A stretch of 64,000 nt of DNA from Macrostomum hystrix (taxonomy: Eukaryota > Animalia > Platyhelminthes): assembly GCA_950097015.1 (NCBI GenBank), contig CATNEN010000025.1:2418001-2482000 (forward strand). Reading direction: 5' to 3'. Made by a program: the position numbers and the translations under genes. A model generated the notes under the pieces. That model saw only the letters and a list, made by a program, of their open reading frames with translations, did not search any database and was not told the origin of the DNA. Shown here piece by piece: positions 15,601-29,100 of the stretch (within the stretch, counting starts at the first letter, position 1; every line of letters begins with the position of its first letter).

Positions 15601-17155
15601 TAAGCTCAAGAACTGCTCACCTGGCCACACGATAGAGTCCTGCAGGGCGGCGTCGCCGCTTAGAAAGGCCATTCGTGAGCAGTCGAACTCTGACAGGAAA
15701 GTCAAGTTGACACTTTCGCCTGTGGGCACAGTGCGGAGACGCGAGTTAAAGCTAAGTAGAGCGCTAAAGGACGCTTTGAAAAGGTCGAAATTGGGGATTA
15801 AATTCGACACGAAGTAAAATGGGGGGATTTAAGTGCATCTGCAGGCTACACTTCGCTGGAGGTCGGTCCGATCCTGTGTCGTGTGTGACACCCGAGTATG
15901 ACATCTTCTGAGTTCTTGCTTGGATTCTGAGCAAAGTTCTTGCTACGATTCTAACGAAGATCCTTCCTAAGATTCTAAAGAAGATTCCTGCTACTATTCT
16001 AATAAAGATTCCTGATACGATTCTACAGAAGATTCCTGATACGATTCTACAGAAGATTCCTGCTACTATTCTAAAGAGGAGTTCTGCTACGATTCTACAG
16101 AAGATTCCTGCTACTAATCTAATAAAGATTATTAATACGATTCTACAGAAGATTCCTGCTACTATTCTAAAGAGGAGTTCTGCTACGATTCTACAGAAGA
16201 TTCCTGCTACTATTCTAATAAAGATTCCTGATACGATTCTACAGAAGATTCCTGATACGATTCTACAGAAGATTCCTGCTACTATTCTAAAGAGGAGTTC
16301 TGCTACGATTCTACAGAAGATTCCTGCTACTAATCTAATAAAGATTATTAATACGATTCTACAGAAGATTCCTGCTACTATTCTAAAGAGGAGTTCTGCT
16401 ACGATTCTACAGAAGATTCCTGCTACTATTCTAATAAAGATTCCTGATACGATTCTACAGAAGATTCCTGATACGATTCTACAGAAGATTCCTGCTACTA
16501 TTCTAAAGAGGAGTTCTGCTACGATTCTACAGAAGATTCCTGCTACTAATCTAATAAAGATTATTAATACGATTCTACAGAAGATTCCTGCTACTATTCT
16601 AAAGAGGAGTTCTGCTACGATTCTACAGAAGATTCCTGCTACTATTCTAATAAAGATTCCTGATACGATTCTACAGAAGATTCCTGATACGATTCTACAG
16701 AAGATTCCTGCTACTATTCTAAAGAGGAGTTCTGCTACGATTCTACAGAAGATTCCGGCTACGATTCTAATGAAGATTCCTGCTACTATTCTACAGAAGA
16801 TTCCTGCTACTATTCTACAGAAGATTCCGGCTACGATTCTAATGAAGATTCCTGCTACTATTCTACAGAAGATCCTTCCTACGATTCTACAGAAGATCCT
16901 TCCTACGATTCTACAGAAGATCCTTCCTACGATTCTAAAGGTGGTTCTGGCTACGGTTCTATTCTCAACCTAACGAGAAAGTCCTGCAAGCTTTGAATTT
17001 TTTTAAATACATAGAAAAATATTTACCAAGGTCATTTCGCCCATTCAGCAGACCAACCCGCCCATAAATGGCATCCGCCATCGTTAAGTTTGAGCACACG
17101 AGGCCAATTTTTTCTCTCATTGTCGATGGCGCGTGATGAGGAATAAAATCTAAGA

Positions 17156-17194
<39 letters not shown>

Positions 17195-20100
17195 CTGATG
17201 ATCTTTGATTCCAACAGAGGATCAGCTAACAAGAGAGTGAGATGAAGCCATGAGCAAGGTTAATCAGACTCTCTCACCATCAACAGAAACTGCCAGCTGT
17301 TGCAGCACCAGCAGGCCAAGCCGCGATTTCTTAGAAAACTGAACTGTTCCCTGCGGGAAGCGATGGAAACTTACAATAAATTATTCTTGCAGAACAATAG
17401 TAAACACGTACAACGTATTGAACAGGGGGTAGGACGCCGTGGGATGAGACACTGTGGGATCAGAAATTGTGGGATCAGAAATTGTGGAATCAGAAATTGT
17501 GGAATCATGAATTGTGGAATCATGAATTGTGGGATCAGAAATTGTGGGATCAGAAATTGTGGGATCAGAAATTGTGGAATCAGAAATTGTGGAATCATGA
17601 ATTGTGGGATCAGAAATTGTGGAATCATGAATTGTGGAATCAGAAATTGTGGAATCATGAATTGTGGGATCAGAAATTGTGGGATCAGAAATTGTGGGAT
17701 CAGAAATTGTGGGATCAGAAATTGTGGAATCATGAATTGTGGGATCAGAAATTGTGGGGTTAGAAATTGTGGGATCAGAAATTGTGGAATCATGAATTGT
17801 GGGATCAGAAATTGTGGGGTTAGAAATTGTGGGATCAGAAATTGTGGAATCATGAATTGTGGGATCAGAAATTGTGGAATCAGAAATTGTGGGGTTTGAG
17901 ATTGTGGGATCAGAAATTGTGGGGTTAGAAATTGTGGGATCAGAAATTGTGGGGTTAGAAATTGTGGGATCAGAAATTTTGCGATCTGACACTTAGGGAT
18001 CTGACACTTAGGGATCTGATACTTAGGGATCTGACACTTAGGGATCTGACACTTAGGGATCTGACACTTAGGGATCTGACACTTAGGGATCTGACACTTA
18101 GGGATCTGAAACTTAGGGATCTGAATCTTAGGGATCTGAAACTTAGGGATCTGAATCTTAGGGATCTGAAACTTAGGGATCTGACACTCTGGGGTCTGAC
18201 TTTGTGGGATCTGACACTTAGTGAACTGGGACATGGGATCTGACAATGGAGGATTTGACGCTTGAGATCTAACACCACCGGGGGAACCTAACACGGGGTC
18301 AGACACTCTTGGGCAGACATCGGGAAAAGAAAGACGAATTGTTGTCTGGTTAATTCTAAAGGAGTTTATTATTTGCATTATTATTCACTTTTCTTGTAGC
18401 CAATATCCTGAGATTGTCCCACCTATCCCACTTTAACAATGTACCAGCTATAGCGGCTAGTGCCCCGCGGCGCTAAAAATGTAATGCCCATGCTTTCACC
18501 CGGTCATTTCCGAGTCACTCAGCTGCCCCCGCCTTCGGACATGAGAAGCTTCGGCCTTGAGACGATCGCAGGCACCAGTCTGTCTGCTATCCATGATAGA
18601 CCTAGATTGGCTTCATTAAAGGCCGTGTATTTCACTAGCCGGATGTTTGGCGAACTTTTGCATCTACTTCACAGTGCGCCTCTGAGCCCCTCCCAGCGGC
18701 CTCCTAATTTACCGAGTCGGGGAAGCCAAACACAAAAAGCAGACAGTCTGAGTTGCGATCGCTGCTTTGCCGCCGGCATCGCCTAAGCATTTCGCTTCCT
18801 TTGAGCGGCGCCACGGTGCTACGCGATCTGTCCATCTGGCTTGGCTTCCTGGGGCCGACCAGCACACCTCAGGCCCTACAGGTAGCGGCGAGGAGTCAAA
18901 GAGACTAACTCTACTTCCTCTCTCACTACTGTGACACTGGGTCTTTGCCTGCCTCACTTAGCCCGCTAAATCCACACACACCCCTTGCGCCTCTCCTCCA
19001 AACCTGTCTCTCTACCACTGTCTTGCTCCCTTAAATGCTCTTTTCTGCAGTCTCCTCCTGTCTCTCCCCAGTCTCTCTCATCCCAGTCTCTCTCATCCCA
19101 GTCTCTCCCCCAGTCTCCCTCATCCCAGTCTCTCTCATCCCAGTCTCTTCCTCAGTCTCTCTCATCCCAGTCTCTCTCATCCCAGTCTCTCTCATCCCAG
19201 TCTCTCAACAGTTTCCCCCCCTGTCTCTCTCATCCCAGTCTCTCCCCAGTCTCTCATCCCAGTCTCTCAACAGTCTCTCCCCCAGTCTCTCTCATCCCAG
19301 TCTCTCTCATCCCAGTCTCTCCCCCAGTCTCCCTCATCCCAGTCTCTCTCATCCCAGTCTCTCTCATCCCAGTCTCTCAACAGTTCCCCCCCTGTCTCTC
19401 TCATCCCAGTCTCTCCCCAGTCTCTCATCCCAGTCTCTCAACAGTCTCTCCCCCAGTCTCTCTCATCCCAGTCTCTCCCCAGTCTCTCATCCCAGTCTCT
19501 CCCCAGTCTCCTTCATCCCAGTCTCTCCTCCTGTCTCCTTCATCCCAGTCTCTCCCCCAGTCTCTCTCATCCCAGTCTCTCCCCCAGTCTCTCTCATCCC
19601 AGGCTCTCCCCCTATCTCTCAACAGTCTCTCCCCAGTCTCTCTCATCCCAGGCTCTCCCCCTATCTCTCAACAGTCTCTCCCCCAGTCTCTCTCATCCCA
19701 GTCTCTCCCCAGTCTCCTTCATCCCAGTCTCTCCCCTTGTCTCTCTCATCCCAGTCTCTCCCCTTGTCTCTCTCATTCCAGTCTCTCCCCCAGTCTCTAG
19801 CCCCAGTCAATCCGCTTTTCACTTTAATGACCATCTCAGACCAAGTCTCTGATTCCTAAAAATAAACCAGCTTCTTTAAAGCTCAGAAGTTTTAGAGGCA
19901 AACGAAGGCCTCTTAGGAAGCTGTTTACTCTACTAGGCGCCCCAGGAAGACTCTAAATTGACTGTGATTTGCGCGCATCGCAACTTACAAAGCGTTGTTA
20001 GGCCTCGTTTGAGCTGCAGCTTGAGTGAGCAGCTTTTGTGTTTTCACTCTCTCACTCACTCGCCCTCACTGAGATCAGTTTGTATGCGAAAATCTATTTG

Positions 20101-23100
20101 TAGTGTGCACTTAAGCTGCCAATATCAGCAGAGAAACAAGTGGGTTAAGCTTCGGGTCAGCTATTTTCGCTGATTATTCCACTAATCTGGCTTATTCATC
20201 TTGAGCTTAAATTAACTGCTGCCAGGGCTTTCGCTTTCTCTCATTCGCTTCTCAAGCTTCGGCTTCGGATCTGGCAACGGTGATTGAGATGACGGGGGCA
20301 GCCCTACAGCCAGCACTACTGCTTGTTTGCACTGCCTCTCCGTTCTCTCCCGCCTCATCTTTCTCTCTCCCTCTAAGCGTCTACCCTTTGTTTGCAATGA
20401 TCATTGCTGGGACACCGCCGCTCGTGCAGCTGAAAATCTGCCAATTTATCTGGCGCATGACGAAACGAGGGAATTCGATGGGTCGAGCTAGTCTGGCACG
20501 GCCGCTTCGGGAGAGTAGGGGAGAGAATAGAATATAGGACAGGCTGGATAAAATAATTTAATATTGATGGAAATTAGCCGAGAGAGCAGCGTAAGTAAAG
20601 AGATTAGATAGATGAGAGAGTAGAGAAAGTAGAGAGATGAGAGAGAGTAGTTAGAGTAGAGTTAGTAGAGTGAGTAGAGTGAGTAGAGTGAGTAGAGTGA
20701 GTAGAGACAGTAGAGAGAGTGCAAGCTGGTGGAGCGGTCACTGGAGACTGGTGGAGCGGTCAGTGGAGACTGGTGGAACAGTCAGTGGAGGCTGGTGGAG
20801 CAGTCAGTGGAGGCTGGTGGAGCAGTCAGTGGAGGCTGGTGGAGCAGTCAGTGGAGGATGGTGGAGCAGTCAGTGGAGGCTGGTGGAGCAGTCAGTGGAG
20901 GATGGTGGAGCAGTCAGTGGAGGCTGGTGGAGCAGTCAGTGGAGGCTGGTGGAGCAGTCAGTGGAGGATGGTGGAGCAGTCAGTGGAGGCTGGTGGAGCG
21001 GTCAGTGGAGACTGGTGGAGCAGTCAGTGGAGGCTGGTGGAGCAGTCAGTGGAGGATGGTGGAGCAGTCAGTGGAGGCTGGTGGAGCAGTCAGTGGAGGC
21101 TGGTGGAGCAGTCAGTGGAGGATGGTGGAGCAGTCAGTGGAGGCTGGTGGAGCAGTCAGTGGAGGCTGGTGGAGCAGTCAGGGAGACTGGTGGAGCAGTC
21201 AGTGGAGACTGGTGGAGCGGTCAGTGGAGACTGGTGGAGCAGTCAGTGGAGGCTGGTGGAGCAGTCAGTGGAGACTGGTAAAAGCTCACCGTGAGTCCTG
21301 TGAAGTTAGAGTTCAAGAGGCCAGTCTTCAAAGCCTCGCCTTTCAACAACTCGGCTGGTTTCATTGCTTTGTCGGTCTGGGAAGGCTGCGCAGGTGCATT
21401 CAGGAGCTTCCTGGCGGCGGCGGCGGCGGCCAGTACGCTGTCAAAGGCGTAGCTCCTGAATGCACCGCCTTCAGCGTTCAGCTGCTGCAGTTCCAATGCA
21501 TAGATGGCCTGTGCGTTCATTGTGGAGCTTTTATACTTTGCAAATCTCGCAGTTTACCATGATGATTGCAATCATCAAGTCACACATTTAGTCATTTATA
21601 AGCAAACTCGTGAGTTCAGCCTGGAGAGGTTTTAGCCTTGTTGTTAGAGCGTCGGACTCACGACATGAAGGTCAGGGGTTCGATTCCCGATTCCTTAAGC
21701 AAGAAACCTAACTACGCATTGCTTCAGTTCACCCAACTGTAAAATGGGTACCAGCATTAGCTGGGATAATTGAGGGTGGGTGTGGCGTCCCCCTCAGTCC
21801 ATGGACTGAATTCAGCCGTACGGGGTTACTGTAGCTCCTTGCTCAGAGCTTTTAACTCTTAACCGTGAGGTCAGAAGTTCGAATCTCAGCCCAAGAACAG
21901 CAGTTTGTGTCCATGAGCAAGAACGCATAATTCCCCGTCGCTTCAGCTGTCTTGGGCTTCGAAATCATGGTCAATATTACACTCACTTAAGCTACCGTTT
22001 TTTCAGACGTCTCACCTGAGCAGTGTCCGCCGAGTGGGTGATGAAATCGATGTACAGGCTATTGTTGGCAGCCGCCAGCAGCTGCCGCCGACTGCAGTTG
22101 CATCGGCCGAATGCGCAGTTGAATGTGTCCGGCCGCCACAGTCTGTCTGAGACGCGAAAGCCGGACACGATCCACACGTGCCTGGCACCGTACATGCCGG
22201 TGCTGAATGCCTACGGTGCAGATTGGCGATGGGTGGCTCAACTGGGGGATCTGACACTGGGAGATCTGACACTGGGAGATCTGACACTGGGGGATCTGAC
22301 ACTGGGGATCTGACACTGGGGATCTGACACTGGGGGATCTGACACTGGGATATCTGACACTGGGATATCTGACACTGGGGGATCTGACACAGGGATATCT
22401 GACACTGGAGAATCTGACACTGGGAGATCTGACACTGGCAGATCTGACACTGGAGAATCTTACACTGGGGGATCTGACACTGGGATATCTGACACTGGGG
22501 GATCTGACACTGGGATATCTGACACAGGAGAATCTGACATTGGGGGATCTGACACTGGGAGATCTGATACTGGGAGATCTGACACTGGCAGATCTGACAC
22601 TGGAGAATCTTACACTGGGGGATCTGACACTGGAGAATCTGACACTGGGAGATCTGACACTGGCAGATCTGACACTGGGGGATCTGACACTGGGGGATCT
22701 GACACTGGGATATCTGACACTGGAGAATCTGACATTGGGGGATCTGACACTGGGAGATCTGACACTGGGAGATCTGACACTGGCAGATCTGACACTGGAG
22801 AATCTTACACTGGGGGATCTGACACTGGAGAATCTGACATTGGGGGATCTGACACTGGGAGATCTTACACTGGGGGATCTGACACTGGGAGATCTGACAC
22901 TTGGGGATCTGACACTGTGGGATCTGACACTGGGGGATCTGACACTGGGGGGTTCTGACAATGTGGGATCATACATAGGGATTTACGAAGAATAGAGGAA
23001 TAGAGGAATCTACGAGTATTTGGAGACCAGCAAAATACCAAAGTTTATTTGTTGTTTACAGGCATGACAACCTCTCCTCTTACTAACTGAATGTCAAGCC

Positions 23101-26100
23101 AAGCTACTCGTTTTCCCCTTTAGTTTCGAGATGACTCTAATAGCCACATTTCTATAATTTGGGCATAATTAATTCGAGTAGCAATTTTCAATATTCTCGT
23201 ATTATCCTCTCTCTCTCTCTTAAAGCCCCTGGAAAGGATTAGTACTAATCCGCAAGACTGGAAACTTGGACTAAGCTAGGGACCTTGCACTTTTCGGAGG
23301 AACACGATGCCCATCCAGTCGTCGACCTTTCTGTGCAGCTAGATAAATTCTTACCGCGCAAAACAATGGCGCCAGCAGAGATTGGTTTGTGAGTGCTGAT
23401 ATCACGCGGTACTCTTTTTGCTGCAAATTGAGATGAGTTGTTTTTTAGTACTTGTTTTTGCCTATTCAGCTCGTATTAGGCCCCATGTTTTAAGCCTAAC
23501 CAGCAACTGAATGGACCGAGATCAGAGTACTCGAGTTACGTTACTCAATTAGAGATGTACCTTGGGGAAAACTCGAACTGTTATTGCTTTCAGAGAAAGC
23601 GAAATTGCATTGAGGAGCCTATCATGGATAATCTGCTTGCGTTTTGCATTGGATTTTTGTAGTGGCATTTAGCAATCGCTCGGATAGAGAATGTACATAT
23701 TTTTGTTTATTATCGATCGGTCGGGTATAGAATGCACATATATTTGTTTATTATCGATCGCTGGGTAAAGAATGTACATATATATGTTTAGTATCGATCG
23801 GTCGGATATAGAATGTACATATATTTGTTTATTATCGATCGCTGGGTAAAGAATGTACATATATATGTCTATTATCGATCGGTCGGATATGGAATGCACA
23901 TATATTTGTTTATTATCGATCGCTCGGTAAAGAATGTACATATATAAGTCTATTATCGATCGGTTGGATATAGAATGCACATATATTTGTTCATTATCGA
24001 TCGCTCGGATAGAGAATGTACATATGCTCGTAGTAAATGTACATTTAGTTGGCTATTATGGATCACTTCTATTATATGCACGCTTGTGTATCGGTGCACA
24101 GTTTGGTGAAACTAAACGTACTAAGTTCCCTCCCTCGCGGGTTTGCACAACTAGTTCCAGCTCACCTTAAACAGTTCCAGCGCTCTCACAGCCGATTCGA
24201 ACGACATGAACCGGCTAGAGGAGATAAAGGACGCGTTGAATCCCGCCGCCTCCAGCATGTCATCCAGCTTAGACTTGGCCTGGTTGGTGGTAGTTGGCGG
24301 TGGCAAATATTAGCAGTCAATTCGGTGTCATGGCATTGGCAGCCCTGGCTTGGCTTTCTGTTCTGACAAATTCTAATTGGTTTTCCTACCTAACATTGCT
24401 GGCACCGGATGTTTAACCTTGAATTTCGGTAAATAAAATCGATCAAAATCAATTCCATACCATTTTTAGACACCTGAAAATGCTTAATTTTTGCATTTTT
24501 TTCACTGTCCTTTTTTTCTTCCTCCGGTACGTTTAAAAAAAATAGGCTTATTCATGCAAAAGTAGGTGCTCACTAATGCTTAGCCTCGCTTAGCAGACCT
24601 TGCTCAGCACCAGACTATAGTCCCATTTTATAACGACGGATGAGCTTTTGTTTGCCCTCCCACCCCGAGGCCCATCAAGTTTTACAGCTTCCTTATTTCC
24701 TCGGATGAGCACTCAGGACATTGTGAGGCTGGGATAAAAAGGCGCAGCGGTTTTTTCGGCCTTCATTGTCTGCCAGTTTTCCGCCACATTTTTTGTTCGT
24801 TATTCTCGGCTCCTTAACTCGTCAAGTTGAGTTTTGTTCCAGTTTCCCGGTGACGGTGAGCAGATGAGCAGCGGTGAGCAGATGCCGCTGCAGGCACCTG
24901 AGGAGACAATGAGAGGTGAGTGCACTCACCGCAGCCTGGCTGGAACTGTCACCAGTAGACAACGATGACGAGTCCTGATAGAGCGAGCAGCTCTTGGTCC
25001 AGTTGTACATCTGCAGCAGTTTTATCCTGGGATAATTAAAGTCGGCATCACTGGGCGCTATTCTGACGAGGTTCCGGAAACGCGTTTCATCTTCCAGCTC
25101 GGGTGAAGTGTCGGCATAAGACACCTGTCCAATTGCAGGTTTGTAGAAAGAGGTAATTAACTTTAAAAAGGCAAAGAAGAACTCTGGATGGCAACTCCCA
25201 CCCCACTCCGTGGGACTTCAATGCCAATTATAATGAAATGTATATCCACCATTGAAATATCCACAAAAATATATCTCTATTTTGCGAATCGCTAATGACG
25301 TAAAAAATTTTCTCCCCCCAATTCGGAACCCGCTGTTGACAAGTTACCCCCTGAAATAAAATCCTCCTAAAATAATTCGTGCTTTTGTGTACTTTTATTT
25401 AGTTGTGCCTTTAATTAGCTTTTCGTCTACCATACCAAGATGCTACCTTGCTGTCTATGTTCCCATTCCGACTGCAAAACAGGTCTTCCTTTTTTAGTTT
25501 ATTCAGGCCATATTTTTCACTTGCCCCCTCTTTATACCCCTTTTGGCCGCTCCAAATAAATCTATGGTCCAATGTTAAAGCAGTTTATTTGGCACGAGCC
25601 AAATAAACGATCCAAATAATTTAGACGCTTTTCTTTTTAGTGTACTGTACCAGGCATTTTTTTATTTTATTTCGTCTATGGTTAGAATGTGGGGGTTTCG
25701 CCCCCACACCCCCTCATCCCCGCTAGCAGCCAACATACCGAACGGTATAAATACTCGTATATTATTTCCGTTTATTTAGTCTATGGTCTGAATTAACATT
25801 TAAGATCGTCGCTTTCCCCCAGTCAGCTTACAAATGTACATTTGTGGCTTTAATAAGGAAAGTATAAATACGAGTACACAGATAAGAAACTAGCCTAGCT
25901 AATGTACATTAAAGTTTTTAGCTTTTGACTCTTGGCGGCTTGCTAATGTACACTTAGGTGGTAAGAAAACCGAGCTTCGTCGCACTTTCATTCTACAGGA
26001 GGTGGCTTGTAGATAAGAAACCCGGGCATTACATGTAAAATTGAAGCATTCTAATTTCATGTGAACATATTCACATTTTATTGCCTAGTCTAGCATTTAA

Positions 26101-29100
26101 ACAGGCTAAATCATACGGCTCGTAGTATATCAGTAGCAGTTGTTATGAACAGAAAGCTGCTTTAGAGATGGCAGTCAGTGCATTTGCCTTGTATTTATAG
26201 GGCCTGAAAAAGGCCTGCGATTTCAAGCTAGATGATTGAAGGATTGTCCGAGTAATGTTGCTCTCTCTCTTCTTTGCGCCACCAAAACGCGGCACTGATT
26301 GATTAGGTGTTGCATTGATAAGCGCCTTCTATGTTGGAAAGGTGTTAGGAATTATCAGTTCTGCAGCATCTGCCGAACTGCTGAAAAATGACTGACTTGG
26401 AAAGCAAATACATTGCAGAGAAATGGCGGTCTTCCACCACCGACCCAACTGAAGTGTTGCAACCAAAACTTTCATTAAAAGCACTCAACCTGGTCCTACT
26501 AGTTCTGCATAGATTTGGGACACAGAAAATATTTGCATTACCGCGAATTGCAGATAAGTGGCATTTGTAAGAATAGCTCACCAAACTGATGTTGAAGAAG
26601 TAGGAAATCTGCGAGATGGCACCGGTTAGGCCGGGGCAGCCGGACCCAAACACAACGAAGGCGGAAGGCAGGTAGTGCAGCAGATCGAACAGGTCCTTGG
26701 TGGCCTTGGCTGGGCGACACTGGAGTGCGAGATTGTTAAGGGCGACCGCGTCATTGCTTCTGTGACTGACCTGAATAGTGACTGATATGGATAGTGACTG
26801 AATTGGATAGTGACTGAATTGGATAGTGACTGAATTGGATAGTGACTGAATTGGATAGTGACTGAATTGGATAGTGACTGGTATGGATAGTGACTGAATT
26901 GGATAGTGACTGAATTGGATAGTGACTGGTATGGATAGTGACTGATATGGATAGTGACTGAATTGGATAGTGACTGAATTGGATAGTGCCTGATATGGAT
27001 AGTGACTGATATAAATAGTGACTGATATGGATAGTGACTGATATGGATAGTGACTGATATGGATAGTGACTGATATGGATAGTGACTGATTTGGATAGTG
27101 ACTGATATGGATAGTGACTGATATGGATAGTGACTGAATTGGATAGTGACTGAAATGGATAGTGACTGAATTGGATAGTGACTAATATGGATAGGGACTG
27201 ATATGGATAGTGACTGATATCGATAGTGACTGATTTGGATAGTGACTGGTATGGATAGTGACTGAATTGGATAGTGACTGGTATGGATAGTAACTGAATT
27301 GGATAGTGACTGGTATGGATAGTGACTGATATGGATAGTGACTGATATGGATAGTGACTGGTATGGATAGTGACTGAATTGGATAGTGACTGAATTGGAT
27401 AGTGACTGAATTGGATAGTGACTGATATGGATAGTGACTGATTTGGATAGTGACTGGTATGGATAGTGACTGATATGGATAGTGACTGAATTGGATAGTG
27501 ACTGGTATGGATAGTGACTGATATGGATAGTGACTGAATCGGATAGTGACTGATATGGATAGTGACTGATATGGATAGTGACTGAATCGGATAGTGACTG
27601 ATATGGATAGTGACTGATATGGATAGTGACTGAATCGGATAGTGACTGATATGGATAGTGACTGATTTGGATAGTGACTGATATGGATAGTGACTGGTAT
27701 GGATAGTGACTGATATGGATAGTGCCTGATATGGATAGTGACTGAATTGGATAGTGACTGATATGGATAGTGACTGATATGGATAGTGACTGAATCGGAT
27801 AGTGACTGATATGGATAGTGACTGATATGGATAGTGACTGAATCGGATAGTGACTGATATGGATAGTGACTGATTTGGATAGTGACTGATATGGATAGTG
27901 ACTGGTATGGATAGTGACTGATATGGATAGTGACTGATATGGATAGTGCCTGATATGGATAGTGACTGATTTGGATAGTGACTGAATAGAGCATTGCCAG
28001 TAGAAAATGTCTCGCTTGAGTACTGAGAGTGACATCTGTCTCGTGCGATTGCTGGCTGGCAAGCTTTTGAATTTTTCTTCTGCGCCAAAAATGATGATAG
28101 AGTTGCAATATTGTAAGCAGAGGCGGCGGCAGCAGGGAAGCTGGGACTTCATCGATCACTGATACCCACCCACCGCCAAGCCTGGCGAGCGCATCAGAAT
28201 AGAGTTCCCAGCATTAATACCAGCTAACTCTGACTAGTGGTTGGCAGAGAGTTTTTTAGCTGGGGCGGAAAAGCTGGCTGGTTGAGCCCACCGGCTCTGC
28301 CCCGCTCCCCTTTCGCCGTCAGGTTTCCGGCCTCGACACCCTTCTCCATTGCTGGACTAGATGATGGGATATGGCCTGCAGAATGAGAGAGATGCAGGGG
28401 TTCGCGCAGGCCCGGGGTAATCTGATCCGCTTCTGGGGACACCCGACTCCATGGGAAAGTGAGACCCTGTTGCGAGTTGTGGCAACTAGCTTCCCCGCCC
28501 CATTCTCTGACTCTCCCCAGCCTCCCACACTTGCCCCTGAGGCACGGTCCTCTCCCGCTGCATGGCCAGCAACTTGGCGGCCAGCCAGAAAGCCAATTTC
28601 CGTTGGGCAGGTCCCGCCACGCCATGCGGACCCATCCATTTGCAGCCTCTCATCTCTCTCGTCTTCTCACCATTCTCTCACTCTCAGCTCTGTCAGGGGG
28701 GACATTGTTGGCTCCGCTGTGTCTCTGGTTGAGACTGACTGGAATAAACTGTTCTTGAACTGTTTGATCCACACAGGACTCTGAATTAATAAGCTTCTAA
28801 TAATAGGTGATTCTAGGATTATAAGAAACAATGAATTCGATTATAATCTATGACCTATGGATTCGAACCCAGGGACCTTGGTGCGAGAGTTCGGATGGAC
28901 TTGTGATTGTTTTCCTTTTTTATTCAAGTTCAATTAGTCGAATAAGAAGTGTCACATGATGATGTGCTGGGCGAGTGCCGGGGCGTCCGCATCTCACAGA
29001 GGCGAGATCAATCAACAGCAAATAGCAATCTCATCGATAATGCTCTACTTTTCGGTTTAGCCTGAAGTCACAATTTCTCAGTGTATCACACAGCATCCCC

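Noticed and set aside
18400-18900. Plus-strand segment bounded by a strong acceptor and a donor (nested gene?)
   Set aside because: All three phases hit stops soon after the acceptor, so it cannot be supported as coding.
21640-21700. tRNA gene (CTCACGA / CTCATGA anticodon-like loop with B-box)
   Set aside because: There is no acceptor stem, and the same head continues into a shared non-tRNA body in several dispersed copies, so it is a SINE.
26720-26770. Upstream in-frame acceptor extending exon 2 by 17 codons
   Set aside because: The shorter exon (W|CRPAK) matches GABA-B spacing, and the extension abuts the 16-bp array.
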